Positions 39,291 through 51,426 of a stretch of DNA of 64,000 nt are shown one piece after another. Under the pieces are notes generated by a model. That model was not told where the DNA came from and did no database searches. It worked only from the letters and a program-made list of their open reading frames with translations. Location of the stretch: assembly GCA_029781975.1 (NCBI GenBank), contig JAKOVQ010000016.1:530086-594085 (forward strand). Reading direction: 5' to 3'. Every line of letters begins with the position of its first letter. The stretch's first letter is position 1. The DNA comes from Acidobacteriota bacterium (GTDB lineage: Bacteria > Acidobacteriota > Thermoanaerobaculia > UBA5066). Both the position numbers and the translations under genes were made by a program.

Positions 39291-42200
39291 ATGCGGAGGA
39301 CGGTCGCCGGGAGCCTGGCGTTGGCGGTGTCGCTCTGCGCCCGGCCCGCGCCGGCGCTGGACCGGGACAAGGCGCTCACCCAGTACCACCTCGACGTCTG
39401 GGGAACCGAGCAGGGCCTCCCCCAGAACACCGTCCAGGTCGTCCTCCAGGGGCGCGAGGGGTACCTCTGGCTCGGGACGCAGGAGGGGCTCGTCCGCTTC
39501 GACGGGGCCCGCTTCACGGTCTTCGACAGGGCCGGGGCTCCCGCCCTGAGGCACAACTCCGTCGTCTCCCTCCTCGAGGACCGCGACGGGACGCTCTGGG
39601 CGGGGACCCATGGCGGGGGCCTGGTGACGGTGAGGGACGGCGTCGTCTCGGCCGTCCCGGGCACCGAGCCGCTCGGCTCCACGAGCGTCTGGGCCCTCGC
39701 GCAGGACCGCGAGGGGTCGATCTGGATCGGGACCGACCCGGACGGCCTCTTCCGCCTCCGAAAGGGCCGGCTCACGCGCTTCACGACGGAGGACGGGCTG
39801 ACGAGCAACCTGGTCCGGACGGTGGTGGAGGACGGCGCCGGCCGCCTCTGGATCGGGACCTCCGGGGGCGGCATCACGATCCGGGAGGGCGAGAGGTTCC
39901 GTCCGCTCACGACGCGCGAGGGGCTCTCGGACGACCTCGTCCGCGGCATGACCGTCGGGCCGGACGGGACCGTCTGGGTCGCGACCTCCGGAGGGGGGCT
40001 CGACTCCTTCCGCGGGAGCGAGCGCCGCGTCTACACGACGAAGGACGGCCTTCCGACGAACCAGCTGACGGCGCTCCACGCCGACCACGACGGCACGCTC
40101 TGGATCGGGACCTGGGGGAAGGGGGTCGTCCGGCTCCGCGACGGCCGCTTCTCCGTCCTCTCCTCGCACGAGGGGCTCCCGAACGACGAGATCTGGAGCA
40201 TCACGACCGATCGCGAGGAGAGCGTCTGGATCGGGACCTGGGCGGCCGGGCTCGCGCGGCTGCGCGACGGGAAGTTCACGACCTACACCCGGCGCGAGGG
40301 GCTCGCCCACGACAACGTCCGGGCGGTCCTCGCGGCCCGCGACGGGTCGGTCTGGATGGGGACGGCGGGAGGGGGCGTCAGCCGGCTGAAGGACGGCGCC
40401 TTCACGACGTGGTCGGAGAAGGACGGCCTGTCGAGCAACCTCGTCTCGGCCCTCTGCGAGGACCGGTCGGGCGCGATCTGGGTCGGGACGAACCTGGCGG
40501 GGCTGAACCGGCTGAAGGACGGGAGGGTCACGGTCCTCGGGGAGGCCCAGGGCCTCCCGCACCACGACGTCCGGGCGATCGTCGAGGGGCCGGACGGCGC
40601 GCTCTGGGTCGGCATGGTCGGGGGTGGCCTGGCTCGCATCGCCGACGGGAAGGTCTGGCCCTTCGGTCCCGCCGACGGCCTGACGTCGAGCCGGGTCCTG
40701 ACGCTGCTCTTCGACCGGTCGGGGACCCTTTGGCTCGGGACCGCCGGGGCGGGGGTCGTCCGCTTCCGGGACGGGCGCTTCACGACGTACGGCACCGCGC
40801 AGGGGCTGGCGAGCGACAGGGTCCTCGCCCTCTGGGAGGACGAGGCAGGGGCCCTCTGGGCCGGGACCTCCGGCGGGGGGCTTTCCCGGTTGAAGGACGG
40901 CCGCGCGTCGACGATCACCGTCCGCCAGGGGCTCGCGGACGACCTCGTCCAGACGCTCCTCCCCGACGGCGCCGGCAACGTCTGGATGACCAGCAACAAG
41001 GGGGTCTTCCGGGTCCGGAAGGCCGAGCTCGACGCCGTCGCGGACGGGCGGCTGCAGAAGCTCTCGTCGGTCCTCTACGGCACCGCCGACGGGATGCGGA
41101 GCGCGGGGTGCGCCGGGGGGCAGCAGCCGTCGGGCGCCCGGACCGCGGACGGCCGGCTCTGGTTCCCGACGCTGGGCGGCGTGTCGGTCCTCGACCCGGC
41201 GCGGATCCCGACGAACCCGCTCCCGCCCCCCGTCGTCATCGAGGAGCTCGTCGTCGACGGCGCAGCGGTCGACCGGACCGGGCCGGTCGTCCTCCCCCCG
41301 GGCCGGGAGAAGCTCGAGATCCACTACACCGGGCTCTCCCTCCTCGTCCCCGAGAAGGTCCGGTTCCGGGTGAAGCTGGACGGGCTGGACCGCGACTTCG
41401 CCGACGTCGGGGGACGGCGGACGGCCTACTACACGAACGTGCCGCCCGGGAGCTACACCTTCCGGGTCCAGGCTGCGAACGCGGACGGCGTCTGGAACGA
41501 GGAGGGGGCGAGCCTCTCGTTCCGCCTCCGCCCGCGGTTCACGCAGACGCCGTGGTTCTACGTCGTGGCCGGGCTCGGCCTGGTCTTCGCCGGGGCCGCG
41601 GCCGCGCGCTGGCGGGTGACGGCCCTGAAGGCGCGGGAGCGCGAGCTGGTCGGGCTCGTCGCGCGGCGGACCGAGAGCCTGGCGGCCGAGAAGGCGCGGG
41701 CCGAGGAGGCGCTGCGGGCGGCCGAGGACGCCCGGCGCGAGGCCGAGCGGCAGCGGGAGGCGGCGCAGCGGGCGAGCGGCCGGGCGGAGGAGGCGAGCCA
41801 GGCCAAGAGCCAGTTCCTGGCGAGCATGAGCCACGAGCTCCGGACGCCGCTCAACGCCATCATCGGGTACAGCGAGATGCTGGCCGAGGAGCTCGTCGAC
41901 GTCGGGCGTCCCGGGGTGATCCGCGACCTGCAGAAGATCCAGCGCGCGGCCCGGCACCAGCTGGAGCTGGTCAGCGGCGTCCTCGACCTCGCGAAGATCG
42001 AGGCGGGCCGGATGGACGTCTCCTCTTCCACCTTCGACGTCTCGACCCTCGCCTCGGAGACGGCGGACCTGATCCGCCCCCTCCTCGAGAAGAACGGGAA
42101 CGTCCTCGTCCTCGACTGCCCGGGTCTCGTCGGCGCGCTGACGGCCGACGAGACGAAGGTGAGGCAGAGCCTCTTCAACCTCCTGTCGAACGCCTGCAAG

Positions 42201-42530
42201 TTCACGCGGGGCGGGACGGTGACCCTCCGCGTCCAGCGGGTCGAGGAGGCGGGCCGCCCCTTCCTGAGCTTCGAGGTCTCCGACACGGGGATCGGCATCG
42301 ACCCCGAGCAGCTGGGCCGCCTCTTCCGCCCCTTCACCCAGGCCGACTCGGGGACCTCCCGCCGCTTCGGCGGGACGGGGCTGGGGCTCTCGATCACGAA
42401 GAGGTTCGTCGAGATGATGGGGGGGACGGTCTCGGCTGCCAGCGTCCCCGGCAAGGGATCGACCTTCGCGTTCCGGCTCCCGGCGGAGGGGGCCGCCGCC
42501 GGGCCGGCCGGACCGCGCTCCGCGACCTGA
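39291..42530 (+). CDS. sensor histidine kinase with periplasmic two-component-regulator beta-propeller repeats + Y_Y_Y domain, TM, HisKA and HATPase domains (no receiver)
   Basis: 1079 aa; signal peptide; ~14 repeats of (G)xLW(I/V)GT; TM helix [17 protein letters not shown]; coiled coil; H-box [18 protein letters not shown]; G1/G2 boxes [15 protein letters not shown]. Confidence 0.92.
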   Translation: MRRTVAGSLALAVSLCARPAPALDRDKALTQYHLDVWGTEQGLPQNTVQVVLQGREGYLWLGTQEGLVRFDGARFTVFDRAGAPALRHNSVVSLLEDRDGTLWAGTHGGGLVTVRDGVVSAVPGTEPLGSTSVWALAQDREGSIWIGTDPDGLFRLRKGRLTRFTTEDGLTSNLVRTVVEDGAGRLWIGTSGGGITIREGERFRPLTTREGLSDDLVRGMTVGPDGTVWVATSGGGLDSFRGSERRVYTTKDGLPTNQLTALHADHDGTLWIGTWGKGVVRLRDGRFSVLSSHEGLPNDEIWSITTDREESVWIGTWAAGLARLRDGKFTTYTRREGLAHDNVRAVLAARDGSVWMGTAGGGVSRLKDGAFTTWSEKDGLSSNLVSALCEDRSGAIWVGTNLAGLNRLKDGRVTVLGEAQGLPHHDVRAIVEGPDGALWVGMVGGGLARIADGKVWPFGPADGLTSSRVLTLLFDRSGTLWLGTAGAGVVRFRDGRFTTYGTAQGLASDRVLALWEDEAGALWAGTSGGGLSRLKDGRASTITVRQGLADDLVQTLLPDGAGNVWMTSNKGVFRVRKAELDAVADGRLQKLSSVLYGTADGMRSAGCAGGQQPSGARTADGRLWFPTLGGVSVLDPARIPTNPLPPPVVIEELVVDGAAVDRTGPVVLPPGREKLEIHYTGLSLLVPEKVRFRVKLDGLDRDFADVGGRRTAYYTNVPPGSYTFRVQAANADGVWNEEGASLSFRLRPRFTQTPWFYVVAGLGLVFAGAAAARWRVTALKARERELVGLVARRTESLAAEKARAEEALRAAEDARREAERQREAAQRASGRAEEASQAKSQFLASMSHELRTPLNAIIGYSEMLAEELVDVGRPGVIRDLQKIQRAARHQLELVSGVLDLAKIEAGRMDVSSSTFDVSTLASETADLIRPLLEKNGNVLVLDCPGLVGALTADETKVRQSLFNLLSNACKFTRGGTVTLRVQRVEEAGRPFLSFEVSDTGIGIDPEQLGRLFRPFTQADSGTSRRFGGTGLGLSITKRFVEMMGGTVSAASVPGKGSTFAFRLPAEGAAAGPAGPRSAT

Positions 42531-42557
42531 GGCGCGGGCGGGGGCGGCAGCGGGCGG

Positions 42558-43688
42558 TCAGCGCGACTCGGTCAGCGGGACGGCGACGGTCCGCTGCCGC
42601 CCGTCGCGCTCCACCACGAGGGGGATCGTCTCGCCCGGCTTGAAGCCGTCGAGGGCGGCCAGGACGTCCTCGACCCTCCGGACGTCGCGCGGGCCGGCCT
42701 TCACGATCACGTCCCCCAGGACGAGCGAGCCGTCGTCGTCGCGCGAGGTGCCGACGAGGCCCGCCCGCGCGGCCCCCGAGCCCTCCTCCACCCTCAGGAC
42801 GAGGGCTCCCTTCAGGCCGAACCGGCGGGCGATGGCGTCGTCGGCCAGGACCACGCCGAGCTGGGGGCGGACGACGCGCCCGTGGCCGATCAGCTGCGGG
42901 ACGATCCGGTTGACGATGTCGACCGGGACGGCGAAGCCGATCCCCGCGCTCGAGCCGCTCGTGGAGGCGATGGCGGTGTTGATCCCGATGAGCCGCCCCG
43001 CGCTGTCGAGGAGCGGGCCGCCCGAGTTGCCGGGGTTGATGGCGGCGTCGGTCTGGATGGCCCCCTCGATCTCGCGCGACCCGACCGACTGGATCGTCCG
43101 CCCGAGCGCGCTGACGATTCCCGTCGTCAGGGTCTGGTCGAGGCCGAACGGGTTCCCGATGGCGAAGACCTTCTGTCCGACCTGGAGCCCTTCGCTCGTC
43201 CCGACGAGGATCGGCCGGAGGGTCCGGCCGGTGGGCGAGATCTTCAGGACGGCGAGGTCCTTGTCGGGGGCCCCCCCGACGAAGGCCGCGCGCCAGGTGG
43301 AGTGGTCCGCGAGCGTCACCCGCGCCGAGGCGGCCCCCTGGATGACGTGGTAGTTCGTCACGACGTGACCGTCCGCGTCCCAGATGAACCCCGTCCCCTC
43401 GCCCTGGGGGACGTCCCCCATCTCGAAGAAGCCGAAGCGGGGGCGGGCGAGGCTCGTGATGAAGACGACGGAGGGGCTCGCCTCCTTGAAGAGGGCGATC
43501 GTCGCCTTCTCGTCGGCGGCGAGGTCCCCGCGCGCCACGACCGGGCGGGGCTGCGCGTCGGGGTCGCCTCCCCGGGAGGTCGCGCTCCGGAGGGCCTGGC
43601 GGCATCCGCTCCCGCCCGCCAGCGCCGCGGCGAGCGCGAGGACGGCCGCGAGGAAGCGGCGGTTGCGGGGAAGCGGGGGAAGCGGCAT
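42558..43688 (-). CDS. HtrA/DegP-family trypsin-like serine protease with PDZ domain (lipoprotein)
   Basis: 376 aa; lipobox LAGGSGC; catalytic triad context TNYHVI, DLAVLK, GNSGGPL; C-terminal PDZ. Confidence 0.92.
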   Translation of the reverse strand: MPLPPLPRNRRFLAAVLALAAALAGGSGCRQALRSATSRGGDPDAQPRPVVARGDLAADEKATIALFKEASPSVVFITSLARPRFGFFEMGDVPQGEGTGFIWDADGHVVTNYHVIQGAASARVTLADHSTWRAAFVGGAPDKDLAVLKISPTGRTLRPILVGTSEGLQVGQKVFAIGNPFGLDQTLTTGIVSALGRTIQSVGSREIEGAIQTDAAINPGNSGGPLLDSAGRLIGINTAIASTSGSSAGIGFAVPVDIVNRIVPQLIGHGRVVRPQLGVVLADDAIARRFGLKGALVLRVEEGSGAARAGLVGTSRDDDGSLVLGDVIVKAGPRDVRRVEDVLAALDGFKPGETIPLVVERDGRQRTVAVPLTESR

Positions 43689-43806
43689 CCGGCGGGCCTC
43701 GGCAGGCCAGTATAGGGGGAGGCCCGGCGGTTTAAGATGCGGGAACTGGAGGGAGAGAAGGACCTGGACCCGCCCGGGCCCCCGGGCAGGGACCGACCGG
43801 CCCGCG

Positions 43807-46614
43807 ATGACTGACGATCCGCAGCAAGCGATCGCCCCGGGCGTCCTCGTCGGGCGCTACAGGATCCTCTCCCTGGTCGGGACCGGGGCGATGGGGGAGG
43901 TCTTCCGCGCGGAGGACACGGCCCTCGGCCGCGCCGTCGCCCTGAAGACCCTCCCGCGGGAGTACGTCGCCACCGCCGAGCGGCTCGGACGGTTCGAGAA
44001 CGAGGGCCGGGTGATGGCGTCCCTCTCGCACCCGAACCTCGTCCACATCTACGACGTGGGCGAGTTCGGCGGGGTCCCCTACCTCGTCCAGGAGTTCATC
44101 GACGGCGACACCCTCGAGGAGGTCCTGCTGGGGGGCGCGGTCCCCGTCGCGAAGGCGGCCCGATGGATCTGCCAGGCCGCCGAGGGGCTCGCGGCCGCGC
44201 ACGCGGCCGGGATCCTCCACCGCGACATCAAGCCGGCGAACATCATGGTCGGGCGCGACGGGAGGGTCCGGGTCCTCGACTTCGGCCTCGCCAAGGTCCG
44301 CCTCGGCTCGGCGGGCGCGTCCTCTCCTGGCCCGTCCCCGCGCCGCGCCTCCCTGACGACCGACGGCCTCGTGGTCGGCACGGCCCACTACATGTCGCCG
44401 GAGCAGGCGATGGGCAAGCCCGTCGACCAGGCGAGCGACGTCTTCTCCCTGGGCGTCGTCCTCTACGAGCTCCTGGCGGGGAAGCCCCCGTTCGAGGGGG
44501 AGAGCGCGGTCGACGTGATGTACTCGATCATCCACCGCCCGCACCCGCCGCTCGCCGGCTTCGGCAGCGGCGTCCTCGCCCCCTTCTCGGACGTCGTCGA
44601 GCGGGCCCTCGCCAAGGAGCCGGCGGATCGCTACGCGACGATGGGCGACTTCGCCCGAGCCCTGGCCGCCGCCCTGCGCGACGGCGGGTACGACGAGGAG
44701 GCCGGGGCGACGCAGCCCCATCCTCCCGTGTCGGAGAAGACGCCGAGGGCCGGGGTCCCGACCTCCCGGATGCGTCCCCGCCCGCCCCACGCCCGGCGCC
44801 GCCTCCTCCTCGCGGGCGTGGCGGCCGTGGCCGTGGCCGGGACGGTGGCGGCGCTCCTCCTTCTGCGGACCGGGAGCAGACCGGTGCCGGTGCCGCTCAC
44901 CTTCTCGCGGCCGATCCAGCTGACGTCGTCGCGGGGGCTCGACGTCTTCCCGACGTTCGCGCCGGACGGCCGGTCGATCGCCTACTCGAGCGACCGGAGC
45001 GGGAACTTCGAGATCTACCGCCGGCCGCTGGGGGTGGGAGGGCGCGAGATCGCCCTGACGAGCGACGGCCTCCAGAACGTCGAGCCCGCCTGGTCCCCCG
45101 ACGGCGAGACGATCGCGTACCACGCCCGGAAGGTCGGCGGCGTCTGGGTCATCCCGTCGCTGGGAGGGACCCCTCGCCAGCTCTCGACCTTCGGGTCGCG
45201 CCCGGCCTACTCCCCGGACGGCTCGACGATCGTCTTCGAGTCGGGCCCGCTCTTCGACCTCGCGGCGAACTCCCTCGGCGCGCTCCCCCCCTCGATCCTC
45301 TGGACGATCCCGGCGAACGGCGGGCCGGCGCGTCCCCTCACCCAGGTCGGCAAGCCCGCGGGGGGACACGGGGCCCCTTCCTTCTCGCCGGACGGCAAGC
45401 GGATCACCTTCGCCAGCTACAACAGGACGGCGGCGGAGATCTGGTCGATGGCCGCGAACGGGAGCGACCTCGTCAGGCTCAGCGAGGGGACCTGGTACTG
45501 CTACGACCCGGTCTACGCGGTCGACGGGGCCTCGGTCCTCTACCCCTGCTGGTCGGAGACGTGGAGCGTCGGCCTCTTCCGCCGTCCGGTGTCGCCGACC
45601 ACGGGCCGTCCGACCGGACCTCAGTCGGAGGTGACGAGCTTCGGCGTGAACGGGATGGGGTCGGTCAAGCACGTGGCCCTCTCGCGGGACGGCAGCCGCG
45701 CCGCGTACGCGAGCCTCGCGATGAGCAGCAACCTCTGGGCGGTCCCGGTCGACCCGGCCACCGGCGAGCCGACGGGGCCCATCCGCCAGGTCACGCGCGA
45801 GACCGGACGCAACTCCCGCCCCGCCGTCTCGCGCGACGGGACGAAGGTCGCCTTCTCGCGCTGGCGGCCCGGCGCGAACCAGGACATCTGGGTCGTCGAC
45901 GCCGACGGCTCGAACGCCGTGCAGAGGACGACCGATCCCTCGGACGACGACTACCCGGGCTGGATGCCCGACGGCCGGCACCTCTCCTTCATGTCGCAGC
46001 GCCTCGGCCGCAGGACCCTCTTCCTCCTCGACCTCGTCACCGGCCGCGACGAGAAGCTGGCCGACTTCGGCCCCGGGCTCGACGCGATCCGGGTGTCGCC
46101 CGACGGCCGGCGGGCCGCCTTCCACGCGGCGGGCGGAAGGAAGACCCTCAACGTCTTCGTCGCCGACCTCCCGTCCGGGAAGCCGCGGGCCCTGACGGAC
46201 GATCCCGAGCTGGCCGCCTTCCCCTGCTGGTCCCCGGACGGCAGGACCCTCGCGTTCGAGGTCAAGCGGGGGGGCGACACCCACGTGGCGGTGGTCCCCT
46301 CCGCCGGAGGGGAGGTCCGGGAGCTGACCGGGGGAAGCGGGCAGGCGTGGCCCTACTCGTGGTCTCCCGACGGCCGGCGGATCGCGTTCGTGGGGCTGCG
46401 CGACGGGCTCTGGGACGTCTGGTGGGTCGACGCGCAGAGCGGGGCGGAGCGGCAGGTGACGAAGACCGGCCGCCTCAACACCTACGTCCGCTACCCGGAC
46501 TGGTCGCCCACGGGGACCGAGATCGTCTTCGAGTTCGCCGAGACGACGGGGAACATCTGGCTCGTCGAGGAATCGGGCGACAAGGCCTCGCCCGCGCGCG
46601 CCTCCCTCCGGTAG
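43807..46614 (+). CDS. Ser/Thr protein kinase with TM segment and C-terminal TolB-like (PD40) beta-propeller
   Basis: ATG 43807 (MTDDPQQAIAPGVLVGRYRIL...); Hanks kinase motifs GTGAMGEV, VALK, HRDIKPANIM, DFGLA, SPE; TM LLLAGVAAVAVAGTVAALLLL; repeated ...SPDG...AF/Y... PD40 blades. Confidence 0.9.
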   Translation: MTDDPQQAIAPGVLVGRYRILSLVGTGAMGEVFRAEDTALGRAVALKTLPREYVATAERLGRFENEGRVMASLSHPNLVHIYDVGEFGGVPYLVQEFIDGDTLEEVLLGGAVPVAKAARWICQAAEGLAAAHAAGILHRDIKPANIMVGRDGRVRVLDFGLAKVRLGSAGASSPGPSPRRASLTTDGLVVGTAHYMSPEQAMGKPVDQASDVFSLGVVLYELLAGKPPFEGESAVDVMYSIIHRPHPPLAGFGSGVLAPFSDVVERALAKEPADRYATMGDFARALAAALRDGGYDEEAGATQPHPPVSEKTPRAGVPTSRMRPRPPHARRRLLLAGVAAVAVAGTVAALLLLRTGSRPVPVPLTFSRPIQLTSSRGLDVFPTFAPDGRSIAYSSDRSGNFEIYRRPLGVGGREIALTSDGLQNVEPAWSPDGETIAYHARKVGGVWVIPSLGGTPRQLSTFGSRPAYSPDGSTIVFESGPLFDLAANSLGALPPSILWTIPANGGPARPLTQVGKPAGGHGAPSFSPDGKRITFASYNRTAAEIWSMAANGSDLVRLSEGTWYCYDPVYAVDGASVLYPCWSETWSVGLFRRPVSPTTGRPTGPQSEVTSFGVNGMGSVKHVALSRDGSRAAYASLAMSSNLWAVPVDPATGEPTGPIRQVTRETGRNSRPAVSRDGTKVAFSRWRPGANQDIWVVDADGSNAVQRTTDPSDDDYPGWMPDGRHLSFMSQRLGRRTLFLLDLVTGRDEKLADFGPGLDAIRVSPDGRRAAFHAAGGRKTLNVFVADLPSGKPRALTDDPELAAFPCWSPDGRTLAFEVKRGGDTHVAVVPSAGGEVRELTGGSGQAWPYSWSPDGRRIAFVGLRDGLWDVWWVDAQSGAERQVTKTGRLNTYVRYPDWSPTGTEIVFEFAETTGNIWLVEESGDKASPARASLR

Positions 46615-46623
46615 GCTCCCGGC

Positions 46624-47046
46624 ATGAGCGAGAGCGTCTTCGCGAAGATCATCCGGGGCGAGATCCCCTGCCATCGCGTCTACGAGGACGAGAAGGTCCT
46701 CGCCTTCCTCGACGTCGGGCCGCTCAGCCCGGGCCACACCCTCGTCATCCCGAAGGAGCCTGCGGTGACGCTCGACCGGCTGTCGGACGAGTCGGCGGCG
46801 GCGATCGGGCGGGTCCTGCCGCGGATCGCGCGGGCGGTCATGGCCGCCACGGGGAGCCCGGACTTCAACGTCCTCCAGAACAACGGGACGGCCGCCCACC
46901 AGGCGGTCCCGCACGTCCACTTCCACGTGATCCCGAAGCCCTCCGCCGAGGCCGGCCTCGGGATCCGGTGGCCGGCCGGACGGCTGGACGCCGAGGAGGG
47001 GAGGCGCCTCGCGGCCGCCATCGCGGGAGAGCTCGAGAAGGGCTGA
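46624..47046 (+). CDS. HIT-family (histidine triad) nucleotide hydrolase
   Basis: 140 aa; HVHFHVIP histidine-triad motif. Confidence 0.9.
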   Translation: MSESVFAKIIRGEIPCHRVYEDEKVLAFLDVGPLSPGHTLVIPKEPAVTLDRLSDESAAAIGRVLPRIARAVMAATGSPDFNVLQNNGTAAHQAVPHVHFHVIPKPSAEAGLGIRWPAGRLDAEEGRRLAAAIAGELEKG

Positions 47047-47081
47047 CGCGAGGCGTCGCACGGGGCCCCGCGGGACGAGCG

Positions 47082-48080
47082 TCAGCTCCTTTCCCGCCGC
47101 GCGGCCCCGAGGAGGAACCCGAAGGCGGTCTCGAGGAGGACGAGCGCGGGAAGGCTCGCCCGGTACGCGGCGAAGGCCGGGTCGCCGTAGGCGAAGAGGA
47201 GATACGCGGCGGTCCCGAACCCGGCGACGAGCGCCCGCACCGCCTCCACGGGACGCTTCCGGAGGCTCGCGAGGCCGTCTCCCACGAGGACGAGCGCCGT
47301 GGCGGCCAGCGCCGCAAGCGGGTAGTGCCGGAGGGCGAGGGCGCCTCCGGGCCACACCCCCGCGGCGACCTCGCCGGGCGCGAGCGCCGCGGCGAGAGGG
47401 AGGAGGAGCCAGGCCGCGAGGAGGAGCCCCTTGAGCGCTCCCGCGGCGGCGGCCGAGAGGCGCCTCGCGGGGCGGACCCGCCGTCCGGCACCCGCGGCCT
47501 TGCGCGCGTCCTTCAGGGCGCTCCGGGAGAGGCCGGTGGCCGACGCCAGGCGGGACGGGTCGAGGAGGTCGGAGACCGACAGGCGGAGGAGGAAGAGCGC
47601 CCAGAAGGCGAGGCGGATCGGGACCGGCCGGTCCGAGGCGAGGAGGGCGACGCCCGAGGCGAAGAGGAGGAGCCCGGCGGTCTCGACCGCCCAGCGCGCC
47701 CGCTCGATGGCGCGGGACGCGGCCCCCGGACGCCTGCGCGTCGCGAGGAACCGGTGGGCGAGCCCCGAACCGGTGGCGACCAGGATCAAGCACCCGCCGA
47801 ACGCCGGCGCCCCGGCGGTCCCGGCGAACCGGAGGGCGGCGAGCGGGAGCGCGAGGCCCGACAGGAGCGTCAGGGCGCGAAACGAACGGACCCACGGGTC
47901 GCTCCCTGCGGCGAGCACGGCGTAGAGGAGGAGGACGACCGAGGTCCCGGCCACGAGGAGAGCCAGGGGCCGGCCGGCGGGCGGCACCGGCAGCGGCCAG
48001 GCCGCGAGGCGGGAGGCCGCCCCCGTCCGGACGAGGACGTAAAGGTAGAGCTCGTAGACGCGCGCGCAGGCGACGTTCAC
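47082..48080 (-). CDS. hypothetical polytopic membrane protein
   Basis: 332 aa, ~8 hydrophobic Ala/Leu-rich segments; no family recognised; composition could partly reflect GC bias. Confidence 0.45.
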   Translation of the reverse strand: MNVACARVYELYLYVLVRTGAASRLAAWPLPVPPAGRPLALLVAGTSVVLLLYAVLAAGSDPWVRSFRALTLLSGLALPLAALRFAGTAGAPAFGGCLILVATGSGLAHRFLATRRRPGAASRAIERARWAVETAGLLLFASGVALLASDRPVPIRLAFWALFLLRLSVSDLLDPSRLASATGLSRSALKDARKAAGAGRRVRPARRLSAAAAGALKGLLLAAWLLLPLAAALAPGEVAAGVWPGGALALRHYPLAALAATALVLVGDGLASLRKRPVEAVRALVAGFGTAAYLLFAYGDPAFAAYRASLPALVLLETAFGFLLGAARRERS

Positions 48081-48093
48081 CGGCGGAGGTTAG

Positions 48094-50076
<1,983 letters not shown>

Positions 50077-50171
50077 TTTTCGGCGGGGGCTTCTCGGTCC
50101 CGACAGCAATTCTCGGCGGGGGTTTCTCGATCCCCCCGCGCCCCCCCGACGGAGAGCGCCCGTGAGGTGGG

Positions 50172-51047
50172 CTACCGCACGGCCGGGCGCGGCAGGAGCT
50201 TCTTCTCCACCTTCACGAGGACCGTGTACTCGGGGTCGACCAACTCCGTGACCGGCGCCCGCGCGGCCTGCGAGACGAACTGGTAGGCGTCCATCGCTCC
50301 CTCGACCGCCGTCCCGATGATCTCCCCGTCCCCCATCGCGTAGTGCCCGTCCCCGAACGACAGGAGCGCCCCCGGCACCCTCACCCCGAGGTAGACCGTG
50401 TTCCCGGCCCGCAACTCGGGACAGTCCATGTTCCCGCCGAAGTCGAACGGGACGATGGTGGAGCGAGCCTCTCCCCCCGCCGGTGCCACGCCGAGGCACC
50501 CGAGAAAGGGCGCCAGCGGCAGCTCCCACCGCTGCTTCCCGTCCCCCGACGTCGTCGCGACGACTCCCTTCGCCTTGTCTACCTCGTAGAACCAGACCGT
50601 CTCCGGCAGGTCGCCCGCCAGCATCGCCGTCCGGTCGGTCGGGTTGAGCGCGCCGAATCCGGGGAACGACGACGAGAGCCCGTGATCCCGGGCGGGCGCG
50701 AGCTTCAGGATCCGGATCGCCAGCGTGTCCCCAGGCTCGGCCCCTTCCACGAAGAACGGCCCCGTCTGCGGGTTGTCGTGCCCCGGCGCGACCACCTTCG
50801 ACGGCAGCTGCCCCTGCCTCGTCACCGCCCCGTCGAAGCAGTCCTCCGTCCAGGTGACGATCCGCGTCCCGGGCCTGATCCGCGCGACCGGCGCGTTCCC
50901 GCCGAACGTGTAGGTCAGCTGCTCGTGCTTCGGCACCCAGCGGAGGACGAGGGGCTCCTCGCCGTGCAAGACCGCCGTGGCGAGGAGCAAGGAGAAGACT
51001 CCAGGCACAACCTGCCTCCACCGTTGGACCCTCGAGATGGTCTTCAT
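50172..51047 (-). CDS. acetamidase/formamidase (FmdA_AmdA) family amidohydrolase, with signal peptide
   Basis: 291 aa; N-terminal VFSLLLATAVLHG hydrophobic segment; FmdA-type conserved blocks (PGDTLAIRIL, VPFDFGGNMDC, GDGHYAMGDGE). Confidence 0.88.
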   Translation of the reverse strand: MKTISRVQRWRQVVPGVFSLLLATAVLHGEEPLVLRWVPKHEQLTYTFGGNAPVARIRPGTRIVTWTEDCFDGAVTRQGQLPSKVVAPGHDNPQTGPFFVEGAEPGDTLAIRILKLAPARDHGLSSSFPGFGALNPTDRTAMLAGDLPETVWFYEVDKAKGVVATTSGDGKQRWELPLAPFLGCLGVAPAGGEARSTIVPFDFGGNMDCPELRAGNTVYLGVRVPGALLSFGDGHYAMGDGEIIGTAVEGAMDAYQFVSQAARAPVTELVDPEYTVLVKVEKKLLPRPAVR

Positions 51048-51426
51048 GAGTCACAACTCTGACGGAACGACCGGAACGACCCTCCGGGTTCCTGGTCCGC
51101 CGTACACCCAGAGGCGCAAAGCACCTCGCCCCGGTCTCTCGCGCCCGGAGGGCGCGAGGGCGGGCGGCGGATGCCCCCGCGCGAGTCCGTCCGAGCACGG
51201 GCCGGGACCCGCTCGCCCGCCGGCGCGGCCCCGGAGGAAAAGGCGGGCCTGCTGTCCGACGAGCGGAGCGAGGAGTACAGGCCCGCCCCGGAGGGGACGC
51301 GCCGCCGGGCGCCAGCGGGTGGCCCGCGCGCAGCGGACCGCGTGGGGGCGTCCGTCGCCCGCCCCCCGGGCTCGCACGGATCTTTCCGGCCCGAAACGGA
51401 TACGATCCCCGTTCCGGAGGATCCCG

